A program made the position numbers and the translations under genes. Of a stretch of 64,000 bases of DNA, positions 37,853 through 46,599 are shown in pieces. Every line of letters begins with the position of its first letter. Position 1 is the first letter of the stretch. The DNA comes from a bacterium. GTDB lineage: Bacteria > Patescibacteriota > Minisyncoccia > Ryanbacterales > GWA2-47-10b. The notes below the pieces were generated by a model. It searched no databases, was not told the origin of the DNA, and saw nothing but the letters and a program-made list of their open reading frames with translations. The DNA lies in assembly GCA_027624915.1 (NCBI GenBank), contig JAQBTR010000001.1, forward strand, positions 35,609 to 99,608, in the 5' to 3' direction.

Positions 37853-38278
37853 CTAACTAAGGACCGGGTCTTCTTCTGGGCTTGGAAGGAGGGTCGCCTC
37901 ATTTTTGAAGGCCTCCCGAATTTGTCGTTCAAGCGGACTTCTGGACTTACCTCCAGCACCTGGATGGGTTCCAGGATAAAGCATGATGATTATCTTGAGG
38001 GATCCCTCAGGATTTCCCTTAGGATGCGACCCAAGAAAGATTGCAGCAACTTCGCTGATGCGAAAGAGCTCTTTAACGGACGCCGCAACTCTAGCGCTTG
38101 TCTGCTCTTCGATGTGCGAAAACTTTTCGGTGATTGGATTTACTTCGTCTGGAGCATCGATGTAGAGTTCTTTTTTTGGTCTCGAAAATTTACTCATGAG
38201 AAAGAAAAAGGCTGGTATATACTTATCTCGTGCCGCGAGTGTGAGTGCACCTTTTTCGGACATTCCGATTATTGGCAT
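37853..38278 (-). CDS. Hypothetical protein of 141 aa.
   Basis: Longest ORF in the region; no recognisable motif. Overlapping plus-strand ORF 37922..38293 is the alternative. Confidence 0.35.
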   Translation of the reverse strand: MPIIGMSEKGALTLAARDKYIPAFFFLMSKFSRPKKELYIDAPDEVNPITEKFSHIEEQTSARVAASVKELFRISEVAAIFLGSHPKGNPEGSLKIIIMLYPGTHPGAGGKSRSPLERQIREAFKNEATLLPSPEEDPVLS

Positions 38279-38326
38279 TATTCTCCCTCCTGAAATGGAA
38301 ACTGGTAAAAAGTATACCCAAAAACT

Positions 38327-38340
38327 CTTGACTAGTCAAG
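38327..38340. promoter_or_regulatory. Perfect 14-bp palindrome cttgactagtcaag in the divergent intergenic region. Each half contains TTGACT (-35-like) on opposite strands.
   Basis: Reverse-complement identity; lies between the divergent genes 37853..38278 (-) and 38389..38679 (+). Confidence 0.4.
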
Positions 38341-38388
38341 AATTTTTGGTAAAACTAAGAGTAGTAAGTACCAAGGAGTCTATTAGAC

Positions 38389-38679
38389 ATGGAAACTCCT
38401 GCCGCTCGAGGCACACTCCAAGAATTTGAAGCCGAGATAGAGTCTTATCTCAGTGAAAATTGCCTAAAGAATGAATCGGATGAAGTAAGATGTCGTTGGT
38501 GTTGGACGAAGACAGAATTCAAAGTCTGCTATGTCTCTATACATACGACAGCTTTTGATAATTGTTCTGGCAGTGGAAGAGTTAAACAGATACCCATTCC
38601 TTACTGTCCTAATTGTGAGACAGAGCCAACGCAAGATAGAAGCTGTGTTCATTTGAGTCCAGCTGAAGAGCTTTATTGA
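38389..38679 (+). CDS. Cys-rich small protein of 96 aa, putative zinc-binding.
   Basis: CRWCW...C...C...CPNC pattern. Confidence 0.4.
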   Translation: METPAARGTLQEFEAEIESYLSENCLKNESDEVRCRWCWTKTEFKVCYVSIHTTAFDNCSGSGRVKQIPIPYCPNCETEPTQDRSCVHLSPAEELY

Positions 38680-38721
38680 GTCCAGCTTTGGGCTTTTTTT
38701 GTTTCAAGCTATACTACGGAT

Positions 38722-39504
38722 ATGACGACCTCTATATTATATGCGTTTGGTAGTGTGGTCATTGTTAGTTTGATTTCGCTCATTGGTTTATTTACCTTGT
38801 CGCTCAACGAGCGCATATTACGTAAATCAATTTTTGTCCTTGTAGCTCTTGCTGTTGGAGCTCTCTTGGGGGATGCATTTTTGCACTTGATTCCTGAAGC
38901 ATTAGAGGCAGACTCAACAGGACTCGCTCCACTATTAATAGTGGCAGGAATCCTATCATTTTTTGTTTTAGAAAAAGCACTCGGGTGGCATCACCACAGT
39001 GCTCACGATGAAGACTCTCACCATCACGCGAGAGAGGAAAGAGTGGGTCAGCCGGACATTCAACCAGTAGGAAAAATGGTTCTCATCTCCGATGGTCTTC
39101 ATAACCTCATAGATGGGATTATTATCGGTGCCAGTTTTTTGATTAGCATTCCTGTTGGAGTAGCATCTACTATTGCGATTATTCTCCACGAAATTCCTCA
39201 GGAGATAGGAGACTTTGGGGTTCTTCTTCATTCTGGATATACCAAGTCTCGTGCCTTGGTTCTTAATTTCTTCTCGGCGCTTCTAGCGGTACTTGGTGTC
39301 GTGATAGTTGTAGTCATGGGTGAAACTGCTCAAAAATTTGTTGAATATGTTATTCCATTTGCAGCTGGTGTCTTTATATATATTGCGACAGCAGACTTGG
39401 TGCCCGAGCTACACAAGCGACATTCGCAAGCAAGTACATTTTTTGAAACGGCGGCAGTTTTTGCAGGTGTGTTCATGATGTATGGACTCCTCTTTCTAGA
39501 GTGA
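38722..39504 (+). CDS. ZIP-family metal (zinc) transporter.
   Basis: His-rich loop HHHSAHDEDSHHH; conserved ...LHEIPQEIGDFGVLL... ZIP signature; 8 TM segments. Confidence 0.8.
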   Translation: MTTSILYAFGSVVIVSLISLIGLFTLSLNERILRKSIFVLVALAVGALLGDAFLHLIPEALEADSTGLAPLLIVAGILSFFVLEKALGWHHHSAHDEDSHHHAREERVGQPDIQPVGKMVLISDGLHNLIDGIIIGASFLISIPVGVASTIAIILHEIPQEIGDFGVLLHSGYTKSRALVLNFFSALLAVLGVVIVVVMGETAQKFVEYVIPFAAGVFIYIATADLVPELHKRHSQASTFFETAAVFAGVFMMYGLLFLE

Positions 39505-41003
39505 GAGCAAAACAAGAGATCCCCTTGAAAAAACCTACAAAATGTTGTATGGTTTTTTTAGAATTCATCCCGAGACAGGAGTGGAAATTGGATAAGTCTG
39601 CCCGTGGAAAGATCATATGTACTGATACAAGTACTATAGTTCACGATCCTCATGCAATCTTGCGTTTTGAAGAAAACGAAGTACGCCTTGATGCCGTCTC
39701 TGTCCAAGAGCTTGAAGCTCTAAAAACTAAGAAGTACGGCGCACGCGAAGCAATTCGTGTTCTCGATGAGCTAAAAAGGCGAACTCGAGACGCAGGTCTT
39801 GAAATCAAGGATGGAATGCCTACACCAGGTGGAGGTAGGGTTTTCTTTCACAACTATAAGCCACAATGGGATTTGGCCCCCAACTTTGAAAGAACCAATG
39901 ACCTCCGTATTGTTCTTGCAGCTCTTAGTATGCAAAAAAATACTAAAGAGTGTAATGGCCGTGAGGTTGTACTTGTTAGCAAAGACATTGCACAACGACT
40001 TACTGCTGAAATTCTAGGCGTTCGAGCCGAGGACTATAAGCATGACAGAACGTTTGAGAATTATGGAGATGTATACACAGGTCATCGGCAAATTGTTCTT
40101 CCTAATGGAGATGTAGGTAACATCTTTGGTCTATTGCCTCGTGAGAATTTTGTTTCGCTCAGTGCGGCTCAAGAATCTGTAGAGGATTCTATCGAAGACC
40201 TTCATCCGAATGAGTGTGTGACTTTTGTCCGCAGCGATGAAAGCAGGGCGTGTGCTATCTATGATGCAGGAGCCGAGAGATTTGTTCGGGTTCCGTTTAA
40301 ATACTCTGATCTTGAAAGTTATAACGATGGCAGGAAGAAGGGCATACGTCCCAAGACAGAAGAGCAGGGTTTTGCCCACACACTTTTGACCAATGATAAT
40401 ATCTCACTCGTTACTCTGATGGGAGTCGCGGGTTGTGGTAAGACTCTCATGGCATTGAATGCTGGTATCGAACAGATGTCAGGTTCGAATCAGAAATTCG
40501 AGAGAATAGTCGTCTTTCGTCCAATGGAAACAGTGGGGGAAAGCATGGGTTATCTTCCTGGCTCTGTTGCTGAAAAGTATGAGCCATGGACCGAGGCGGT
40601 TCGTGATCAGCTCGAAGTTATTTTTCAGCATGACATAAGACCAGATTATGATCATGACAAGCAGGGCACTAGGGGCGACATGCTTTTAACTTCGAAAAAA
40701 ATTGTTTGTTCGCCCATTACGTTTACTCGTGGGCGAACATTACGAAACACATTCATTATTATTGACGAGGCTCAAAACCTTACCCCACTCGAGGCAAAGA
40801 CCCTTGGTACTCGTGCGGGGACTGGCTCCAAACTTGTATTTACTGGAGATCCGGAACAGATTGATACTCGTAACCTCGATATATTGAGCAATGGCCTAGT
40901 GCATGCTGTTGGTCGCTCAATGGGTGCTGCCCACTATGGTCACATTCGCATGAGACGATCTGTACGTTCTGAGTTGGCTCAGTTCGTCGCCGATCGGTTC
41001 TAA
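39501..41003 (+). CDS. PhoH2-type protein: N-terminal PIN domain fused to a PhoH-like ATPase. The start may be internal (MVFLEF...).
   Basis: PIN-like ...KIICTDTSTIVHDP...; Walker A GVAGCGKT; Walker B IIIDEAQNLTP; overlaps the ZIP stop by 4 nt. Confidence 0.75.
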   Translation: MRAKQEIPLKKPTKCCMVFLEFIPRQEWKLDKSARGKIICTDTSTIVHDPHAILRFEENEVRLDAVSVQELEALKTKKYGAREAIRVLDELKRRTRDAGLEIKDGMPTPGGGRVFFHNYKPQWDLAPNFERTNDLRIVLAALSMQKNTKECNGREVVLVSKDIAQRLTAEILGVRAEDYKHDRTFENYGDVYTGHRQIVLPNGDVGNIFGLLPRENFVSLSAAQESVEDSIEDLHPNECVTFVRSDESRACAIYDAGAERFVRVPFKYSDLESYNDGRKKGIRPKTEEQGFAHTLLTNDNISLVTLMGVAGCGKTLMALNAGIEQMSGSNQKFERIVVFRPMETVGESMGYLPGSVAEKYEPWTEAVRDQLEVIFQHDIRPDYDHDKQGTRGDMLLTSKKIVCSPITFTRGRTLRNTFIIIDEAQNLTPLEAKTLGTRAGTGSKLVFTGDPEQIDTRNLDILSNGLVHAVGRSMGAAHYGHIRMRRSVRSELAQFVADRF

Positions 41004-41037
41004 CCCCAGCAACACTGCTGGGGCTTTTCTTTTGTTT
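41004..41037 (+). terminator. Terminator ccccagc-aacact-gctgggg followed by cttttcttttgttt.
   Basis: Perfect 7-bp GC stem plus a T-rich tract directly after the stop. Confidence 0.65.
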
Positions 41038-41061
41038 AAAAAAAGATGATAGCATTGAGCT

Positions 41062-41610
41062 ATGAGCTACGCGCATATTTGGAAAAAAGTGGTTAATTCT
41101 GACGAGCTTATTGTATATGAATTTTCAATCGGAAAAGGTTACATAACATACAATCTTGTCGTGTGGACATTGTTGAGTATGGCACTTATATTTATTCCGA
41201 TGGCCACAACGAGTCTTGCCGATAACCCAGCTATGCTATCTGTGAGCGCTGCTGGCTTTATTTTTTTTCTTTTATCTTTCTTTCATTTTGGTTTTTATCT
41301 TCGAATTGCTAATGCGTATGCTTTTACATCAAAACGAATCTTGATACACAGGGGTTGGTTTTCTACACATACGATAAGTATCCCGTACCACAAAATCACC
41401 GATGTTTCGGTGACAGAGTCTTTCATCGAACGAATTCTTACACGAACCGGTCAAATTTCAATCAACACAGCTGGAACCAATGTACATGAGATTCACTTGC
41501 GTCACATAACTAATCCTTATGAAGCAAAAAAAGAGCTAGATAAGGTTCGTGATCGATATAGACGATTGCACATGAGTGGCACGATAGCCGATCATTACGA
41601 GTCTCCATAA
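41062..41610 (+). CDS. Bacterial PH-domain (bPH_2/DUF304, YdbT-like) membrane protein.
   Basis: Two TM helices, then ...YAFTSKRILIHRGWFSTHTISIPYHKITDVSVTESFIERILTRTGQISINTAG... Confidence 0.6.
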   Translation: MSYAHIWKKVVNSDELIVYEFSIGKGYITYNLVVWTLLSMALIFIPMATTSLADNPAMLSVSAAGFIFFLLSFFHFGFYLRIANAYAFTSKRILIHRGWFSTHTISIPYHKITDVSVTESFIERILTRTGQISINTAGTNVHEIHLRHITNPYEAKKELDKVRDRYRRLHMSGTIADHYESP

Positions 41611-41615
41611 AAAAA

Positions 41616-41634
41616 GAACTCCCATTGGGAGTTC
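41616..41634. terminator. Convergent terminator hairpin gaactccc-att-gggagttc with an A-run upstream, shared by the 41062 (+) and 41633 (-) genes.
   Basis: Perfect 8-bp stem; on the minus strand it is followed by ttttttt. Confidence 0.55.
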
Positions 41635-42217
41635 AAACATGACGTACACTTTCCTTGAGCCTTTGTAGTTCATTTATTTTTTCAAAAAGCGATGGAGTGT
41701 CTGGAGCTGCACGATTGACAGCCTTTTCTATTTCATGAAAATAGGTAGCCTTTTGCAATTCATCTTCCGAAAATTCTTGCCACCGTTCGAGTGATTCACG
41801 CTCTTCTTCAGAGTTTACTGGTGCATTGGCCCAGGCTGCTTGAGCCTCCTCGAGAGTGGTAATGGCGGCTACCTCATAGGCAGATAATTGTCTCCAGTGA
41901 GTGAGCGCTATTTTTTTTGCATCACATTTTTCGTCATCGGGCGCGCGTTCAAAAATAAATTTAGTTTCGTATATGTCTGTTGCTCTAAGAGCGAGCCTGG
42001 TTGATATTCGACACCACCTATCAAGGGCCTGTGTCTCTGCAACGCTTCCTTGAGGGGAGGTCATATGAACCATTTTTGCTTGAGCAAGTATCGAATACAG
42101 AGTGTAGTTACCATTATGTTTGGGCAGCGTATCCAGATTAATTTTTGCTGTATAGATGGCACGACAGCCATTTGTCAAAATTGTGATCAGTGCGATTGCT
42201 ACAAGCGCAAATTTCAC
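41633..42217 (-). CDS. Hypothetical lipoprotein.
   Basis: Signal peptide plus LTNGC lipobox; no other motif. Confidence 0.5.
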   Translation of the reverse strand: MKFALVAIALITILTNGCRAIYTAKINLDTLPKHNGNYTLYSILAQAKMVHMTSPQGSVAETQALDRWCRISTRLALRATDIYETKFIFERAPDDEKCDAKKIALTHWRQLSAYEVAAITTLEEAQAAWANAPVNSEEERESLERWQEFSEDELQKATYFHEIEKAVNRAAPDTPSLFEKINELQRLKESVRHV

Positions 42218-42247
42218 CGTCTTATCTCCTATCTATATATAACCCTG

Positions 42248-42284
42248 CCAAAGAAAAAAAATACCCGCAAGGATTATCCACTTG
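42248..42284 (-). terminator. Minus-strand terminator acccgcaag...cttgcgggt with a T8 run on the minus strand, at the 3' end of the 42274..43447 minus-strand gene string.
   Basis: Perfect 9-bp stem; reverse complement is followed by tatttttttt. Confidence 0.55.
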
Positions 42285-42516
42285 CGGGTTTGAGGGTTAT
42301 AGACCTGACGGTAAAATCTCCAATTGCTCGTGCGAGTTTGTGATTTTGTTCGACGACCAGTTTGAGGATGCTATCTGAAAGCTGGCACCCTTTAAATGTT
42401 GCCCAAGGCAAGAAGAAGAGCGCAACCACCCCAAAGGTGATGGTTTCTTCGTGCCCGAGTTGATGCTCAACGCTGACCTTTGTTAGGAGATCGAGCGCTC
42501 CTCCATGGATTTTCAC
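42274..42516 (-). CDS. Hypothetical protein of 80 aa.
   Basis: ORF only; its 3' end overlaps the terminator stem. Confidence 0.35.
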   Translation of the reverse strand: MKIHGGALDLLTKVSVEHQLGHEETITFGVVALFFLPWATFKGCQLSDSILKLVVEQNHKLARAIGDFTVRSITLKPASG

Positions 42517-42617
42517 CGTGTTAACTCCTTTCGGTGCATGGATTGAACCGCCCCTACTATACTATAACTGAGCCATTTTGTAAATAGTTTCAAAGCCAAA
42601 AAAAAGAGCAGTAATTA

Positions 42618-43019
42618 CTACTGCTCGTGAATTGCGAGGGTTGCTTCAACCCCATCGATAAGGGCTTGGAGGTATGCCATGGTATGAAGCGCTGATTCGC
42701 GTGCTTCTCTGTCGTCGGGATTTTGTCGTACACGATCTATGTGACGTGCCAGTTCAGATACGCTATGTGAAAATGAGCCCATTTGCTCGGCGTGTTGAGA
42801 AAGACATGTTGTCTTGTCAGATTCAGTGCTGGCCTCGATGACTTTTGTCATGCGACGGTCCAGGTCGTGGGCCACCTGATCATTTACTCGATCATGAAAT
42901 GCTCGAATGACATAGAGACTCTCTGGTCCATAGACCTGAGGTCTAAATGATACGATATTTGCTTCGCTCGCATTACAGATGGAGCGAGCCGAGTCTTCTA
43001 CTGCTCGTTCGAACGACAT
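42618..43019 (-). CDS. Hypothetical protein of 133 aa.
   Basis: ORF only; GC-richer than the core genes. Confidence 0.45.
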   Translation of the reverse strand: MSFERAVEDSARSICNASEANIVSFRPQVYGPESLYVIRAFHDRVNDQVAHDLDRRMTKVIEASTESDKTTCLSQHAEQMGSFSHSVSELARHIDRVRQNPDDREARESALHTMAYLQALIDGVEATLAIHEQ

Positions 43020-43099
43020 CCTAACCTCCTTTTATCTAGGAGAAAATATACCATAAAAAACTTATTTTGTAAATAAAAGCACTTCCCGAGTAGGAAGTG

Positions 43100-43447
43100 T
43101 TATGAAATTGGCTTTCGCATGGCGGTCAAGATGATTTCTCGTAGCTGGTAGTTTTGAACACTAAGGTCTTTTCTTGTTGGCCTGGTACATTCTTCGGGGA
43201 CTGTGTCCTTGGGGATCTCTCCACGAATTGCACCATGAATAAGTTCTATGAGAACTCTATTTTCAAACATCAGATATTCTTCACAACTTTCATATCGCTC
43301 AATTTCCTCAGACTGACGTTTGTTACGTTCTTCCAAGTCTCTAACATCAGCCTCAAGTTCTTCCACTCGTGCACGGAGTTGGATTGTTTGTCTTACAGCG
43401 GCACTACCCCTTGGTAATTCGCTAGAGCTCCAAGCTGTTTTTTTCAT
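43100..43447 (-). CDS. Hypothetical coiled-coil protein. Start assigned to the ATG at 43447 (MKKTAWSS...), which has RBS ggagg 5 nt upstream.
   Basis: RBS plus ATG; the track's TTG start at 43459 lacks an RBS. Confidence 0.5.
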   Translation of the reverse strand: MKKTAWSSSELPRGSAAVRQTIQLRARVEELEADVRDLEERNKRQSEEIERYESCEEYLMFENRVLIELIHGAIRGEIPKDTVPEECTRPTRKDLSVQNYQLREIILTAMRKPIS

Positions 43448-43477
43448 AGGTGCCTCCAAAAAAATTGTAACAAAAAT

Positions 43478-43520
43478 GCCCGGTTTGCGATACGACTATG
43501 CTAGTCGTTCGCAAACCGGG
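43478..43520. promoter_or_regulatory. Near-perfect palindrome with 21-bp arms: gcccggtttgcgatacgacta / tagtcgttcgcaaaccgggc. Operator or terminator.
   Basis: 20 of 21 positions complementary; on the minus strand it is followed by a U-rich tract and then the RBS of the 43447 gene. Confidence 0.5.
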
Positions 43521-43528
43521 CTTCAGCT

Positions 43529-43747
43529 TCAGTTCTTGGCGGTCTTCTTGCCGGCGCGAGCGCCACCGGCCTGCGAGCCACCGACGCCAGCGACCGGCGC
43601 ACCGCGCGTGACGCTGTCAGTCGGCTGGTTTCGGCGACGACGATGGGCGCGCTCCTGGCGACCACTCTTCCCAGAGTTGGCCTTGGGAGGGCAGTTGAAC
43701 TTTTTGTGCTCACGAGTTCCGGTACCACACTTACTGCAATGTGCCAT
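43529..43747 (-). CDS. Small basic Arg/Gly-rich protein with an N-terminal zinc-ribbon-like motif.
   Basis: Strong RBS aaggagg 6 nt upstream of the ATG; MAHCSKCG...FNCP; locally >60% GC. Confidence 0.5.
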   Translation of the reverse strand: MAHCSKCGTGTREHKKFNCPPKANSGKSGRQERAHRRRRNQPTDSVTRGAPVAGVGGSQAGGARAGKKTAKN

Positions 43748-43782
43748 TCTCTTCCTCCTTGGTTGGGCTCGCTACCGGCGAG

Positions 43783-44139
43783 CTAGTCTTTTCTCATCCC
43801 GCTGTCACCCGTTACTGGGTAGGGGATTTTTTGTTTCGCGATCGATACCCTGACAAGGGTGAAGACTGCGATGCTAACCCAGACCACCTCTAGGCCGACC
43901 ACCGGCCAGGCTGTTCTCACGTAGGCATGAAAGCCGTACGCGAGACCGCCTACGAGATTGATCCATTGGTACGAACGCCCAGTTGCCGCGACCTTCTCGG
44001 TCGAGACCAGGGCGTATGCAACGATGAAGCAAATGGTTCCGAACCACCCGACGTATTCGTCGAAAGCAAGTTGCAGGACACTCCTCCTGTCTGAGAACTG
44101 ATTTGTGAGCATATTAGCATGAAAATAAGCATTTGTCAA
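43783..44139 (-). CDS. Small 3-4 TM membrane protein.
   Basis: Hydrophobic ORF of 118 aa. Confidence 0.45.
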   Translation of the reverse strand: MTNAYFHANMLTNQFSDRRSVLQLAFDEYVGWFGTICFIVAYALVSTEKVAATGRSYQWINLVGGLAYGFHAYVRTAWPVVGLEVVWVSIAVFTLVRVSIAKQKIPYPVTGDSGMRKD

Positions 44140-44200
44140 TGCTTAGGAAAAGATGCAAAAAATATGTATTCTAAAAAAAGATAACGAAAGGAGGTGCGAC

Positions 44201-45058
44201 ATGTCTTACGTAGCTCATCATGCGACTATTCTCGCATCGTTCCTTGTAACATATGTTCTTCTTTATAATCAGATTCAACCCGGATTTATCTTGGCGTATT
44301 TAACGGCATTCAACATAATGCTTTTGCTTACACTCGAGCAATTGCTTCCGTACAAAAAGTCTTCGAGTCCGTTTAGCGACCAAGCGACACCTAGCGATCT
44401 AGGACATTTTCTTGTTTCTTCATTTGGCCGTGCAATCATCGGTGGCGGAGTACTCATGGTGGCCACCCTGCAAGGTGAAGGTGGAGTGTTTGGCATGTGG
44501 CCAAGGCATCTCCCATGGATGATTCAGTTCTTGATTGTAATCTTTGTATGGGAGGCCGTGGTGTATTGGAGACATCGGATTCAGCACGGAGTGTTCGGTG
44601 TCGAATATTTTTGGCCGATGCATGCGATTCATCACGATACGAAAGTTTTTCATACGTTCAAAGCTATTCGTGCTCACTTTTTGGACGACTGGTTCTCGTA
44701 TGGGTTTGAGGTTTTCATACCACTTGTTCTTGGAGCCCCCGTTGAGATATATGTTTGGGTCTACACCTGGAATATTAGCTTTGGCAACCTCACTCATGCC
44801 AATATTAGACAAGATAATCCAGCGTGGCTACACTATTTTTTGCCAACGATTCAGCTACATCAGTGGCACCACAAAGTAGATGGAATGAATAAAAATCTCG
44901 CAAACAATTTTCCGTTAATTGATATATTGTTTGGTACGTATCAACACCCAAGTACATACAAAAAAAGCGAACTCGGCTGCGGAATACCCGAAATGCCCAC
45001 CACTTTCTTGTGGCAGCTCTGGTATCCTGTTCGCCTGCTCAACCCATGGTCGACCTAG
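44201..45058 (+). CDS. Fatty acid hydroxylase / sterol desaturase family membrane oxidoreductase. Start assigned to the ATG at 44201, which has RBS aaaggaggtg.
   Basis: Three His boxes: WRHRIQH, HAIHHD and HQWHHK. Confidence 0.75.
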   Translation: MSYVAHHATILASFLVTYVLLYNQIQPGFILAYLTAFNIMLLLTLEQLLPYKKSSSPFSDQATPSDLGHFLVSSFGRAIIGGGVLMVATLQGEGGVFGMWPRHLPWMIQFLIVIFVWEAVVYWRHRIQHGVFGVEYFWPMHAIHHDTKVFHTFKAIRAHFLDDWFSYGFEVFIPLVLGAPVEIYVWVYTWNISFGNLTHANIRQDNPAWLHYFLPTIQLHQWHHKVDGMNKNLANNFPLIDILFGTYQHPSTYKKSELGCGIPEMPTTFLWQLWYPVRLLNPWST

Positions 45059-45072
45059 TGTCGACTTTTTTG
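45049..45072 (+). terminator. Terminator gtcgac-ctagt-gtcgac followed by tttttt.
   Basis: Hairpin overlapping the stop codon, then T6. Confidence 0.5.
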
Positions 45073-45123
45073 TTGTTTGGCGGCGACTTGATATTTTAAC
45101 CTTTTTATGCTATAAGTAGAGTT

Positions 45124-45687
45124 ATGAAAAAGCACATATTACCAGCTATTATTCTCTTTCTTTTGCTTTTGGCAGCAGCCGCCCTATTGATTGGGTACTT
45201 GCGAGCCGAGACAGAAGTAATTGATCCATTCGTACGAGTACAGGAATCCGAGGTTCGGATTCCAAATGATACAGAAGATATTTTTGTATCTCTCGATGAG
45301 GGTGTAGGACATTACATTGTTCCTGAGACTGGCGTTGTTGGTCACGTGTTGATTGGCGATGCACATGATTCTTGGAGCGGCGAGGAACATGAAGATCTTT
45401 TGGTTGTTTTCGATGTTAACGAAGATGGCTCAAGGACTAACACATTTCTTGTTGTTATCGATGTAGAGTCGGGCGACTTCACACAAGTTTCTGGTGTATT
45501 CGTTGGTAGTCGAATTGAGGTTGAGTCAGTAGAGGTTGTAACCGATACAGATTCAGAAGATTCAGATTACGAAGTACTAGTCAAAACACTTGTACGTCCT
45601 GCAGGAGCTTCATTCAGCCAACGACCATCAGTCGAAGTTGAGCGAGTATTCTCTGTAAAAGATCAAGAAATTAAAGAGATTAAATAA
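45124..45687 (+). CDS. Secreted or membrane-anchored acidic hypothetical protein.
   Basis: N-terminal signal/TM (LLLLAAAALLIG) followed by a very acidic domain. Confidence 0.5.
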   Translation: MKKHILPAIILFLLLLAAAALLIGYLRAETEVIDPFVRVQESEVRIPNDTEDIFVSLDEGVGHYIVPETGVVGHVLIGDAHDSWSGEEHEDLLVVFDVNEDGSRTNTFLVVIDVESGDFTQVSGVFVGSRIEVESVEVVTDTDSEDSDYEVLVKTLVRPAGASFSQRPSVEVERVFSVKDQEIKEIK

Positions 45688-45690
45688 GCT

Positions 45691-45728
45691 AAAAATCCCC
45701 TCCGACGTTACGTCGGAGGGGATTTTTG
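45691..45728 (+). terminator. Terminator atcccctccgacg-tta-cgtcggaggggat followed by ttttg.
   Basis: Perfect 13-bp stem. Confidence 0.7.
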
Positions 45729-45741
45729 TTATGCTAAAGAC

Positions 45742-46005
45742 ATGGGACTATTTTCAAGCGAACCAAAAATATCAAAACGTGAACTCGACGAGGCTCGTTC
45801 TACTTTGTTACGCAAGGGATTTAGTGATGCAGATGTTGATGCGGTCATGATGACGTTTCGAGGAGATATAGAAGAAGTAGATGTCGGCATAACAAAGCAG
45901 GAATTAGAGCGTGGACTTAAGTGGCTTCGTGACAACAAGTCACGCCATAGTTTGTCTGATTCGCAAATTGATACATTAAAGGAAGTATTAGAAAGTAAAT
46001 TATAA
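45742..46005 (+). CDS. Hypothetical protein of 87 aa.
   Basis: ORF only. Confidence 0.4.
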   Translation: MGLFSSEPKISKRELDEARSTLLRKGFSDADVDAVMMTFRGDIEEVDVGITKQELERGLKWLRDNKSRHSLSDSQIDTLKEVLESKL

Positions 46006-46007
46006 AT

Positions 46008-46304
46008 ATGGAAGGATCACCAACATTTGAAGAAGATCAAGAAAGTACTGAGGCAGAATTTACTATAGAGGAGGGTGAGACAGAGCTTTCACCAGAAGGT
46101 GAGATTAGTCTGATACACGAAATGGTTTTGGAAGGCGAGCAAGCACTAAGAGATCTTGCTGCCCTAATTGAAGATCCTGATATTAACGACGATGAAAAAA
46201 GAGATGCACAACGCCAAGTGGGTATTGTACTAGCCGGAATGTCAGAATACGAAGAACTAATTGTTGAGCTTCAAAAGCCAGACCAAGAAGTAAAAAGTAA
46301 GTAA
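46008..46304 (+). CDS. Hypothetical highly acidic protein of 98 aa.
   Basis: ORF starting 3 nt after the previous stop. Confidence 0.4.
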   Translation: MEGSPTFEEDQESTEAEFTIEEGETELSPEGEISLIHEMVLEGEQALRDLAALIEDPDINDDEKRDAQRQVGIVLAGMSEYEELIVELQKPDQEVKSK

Positions 46305-46399
46305 GAAACGTTATATTCTATAACGTTTCTTGAAACTCCGTCACTCGCTCCAAATAAATACAAGCTTTTATTTGTAAGCTCGCTAGGAATTATAAAAAT

Positions 46400-46421
46400 A
46401 CCCAGGATTATTTTCCTGGGT
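46400..46421 (-). terminator. Minus-strand terminator acccagga-ttattt-tcctgggt overlapping the stop codon of the 46408 gene.
   Basis: Perfect 8-bp stem; on the minus strand it is followed by atttttat. Confidence 0.55.
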
Positions 46422-46599
46422 GTTGCGTTCTGTCTAGTATTGTTCGGATTGTTTCTTTGGCCTCATGACATTGGAAAAATTCCTTTTTCATGACGGCCGT
46501 GTGTGCAAGGGCTGTTTTCACCGCAATTCGGATTTTTTGATCCGTATAACCTTTTTCGTACAAGAGCTCACGAGCATGCGTCGGACCTGTGATGATCAT
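46408..46599 (-). CDS. Hypothetical protein of 63 aa.
   Basis: Overlaps the upstream gene's stop (ATGA); ends in the terminator. Confidence 0.4.
   Translation of the reverse strand: MIITGPTHARELLYEKGYTDQKIRIAVKTALAHTAVMKKEFFQCHEAKETIRTILDRTQHPGK

Noticed and set aside
43460-44140. Interpretation of the high-GC patch as a definite horizontally transferred island.
   Set aside because: Much of the GC excess is explained by Arg/Gly/Ala-rich protein composition, and no integrase, flanking direct repeats or tRNA target was seen. It is kept as a hypothesis in the findings, not as a feature.
44153-44200. Extended N-terminus of the hydroxylase (MQKICILKKDNERRCD...).
   Set aside because: It has no RBS, whereas a strong RBS (aaaggaggtg) precedes the ATG at 44201.
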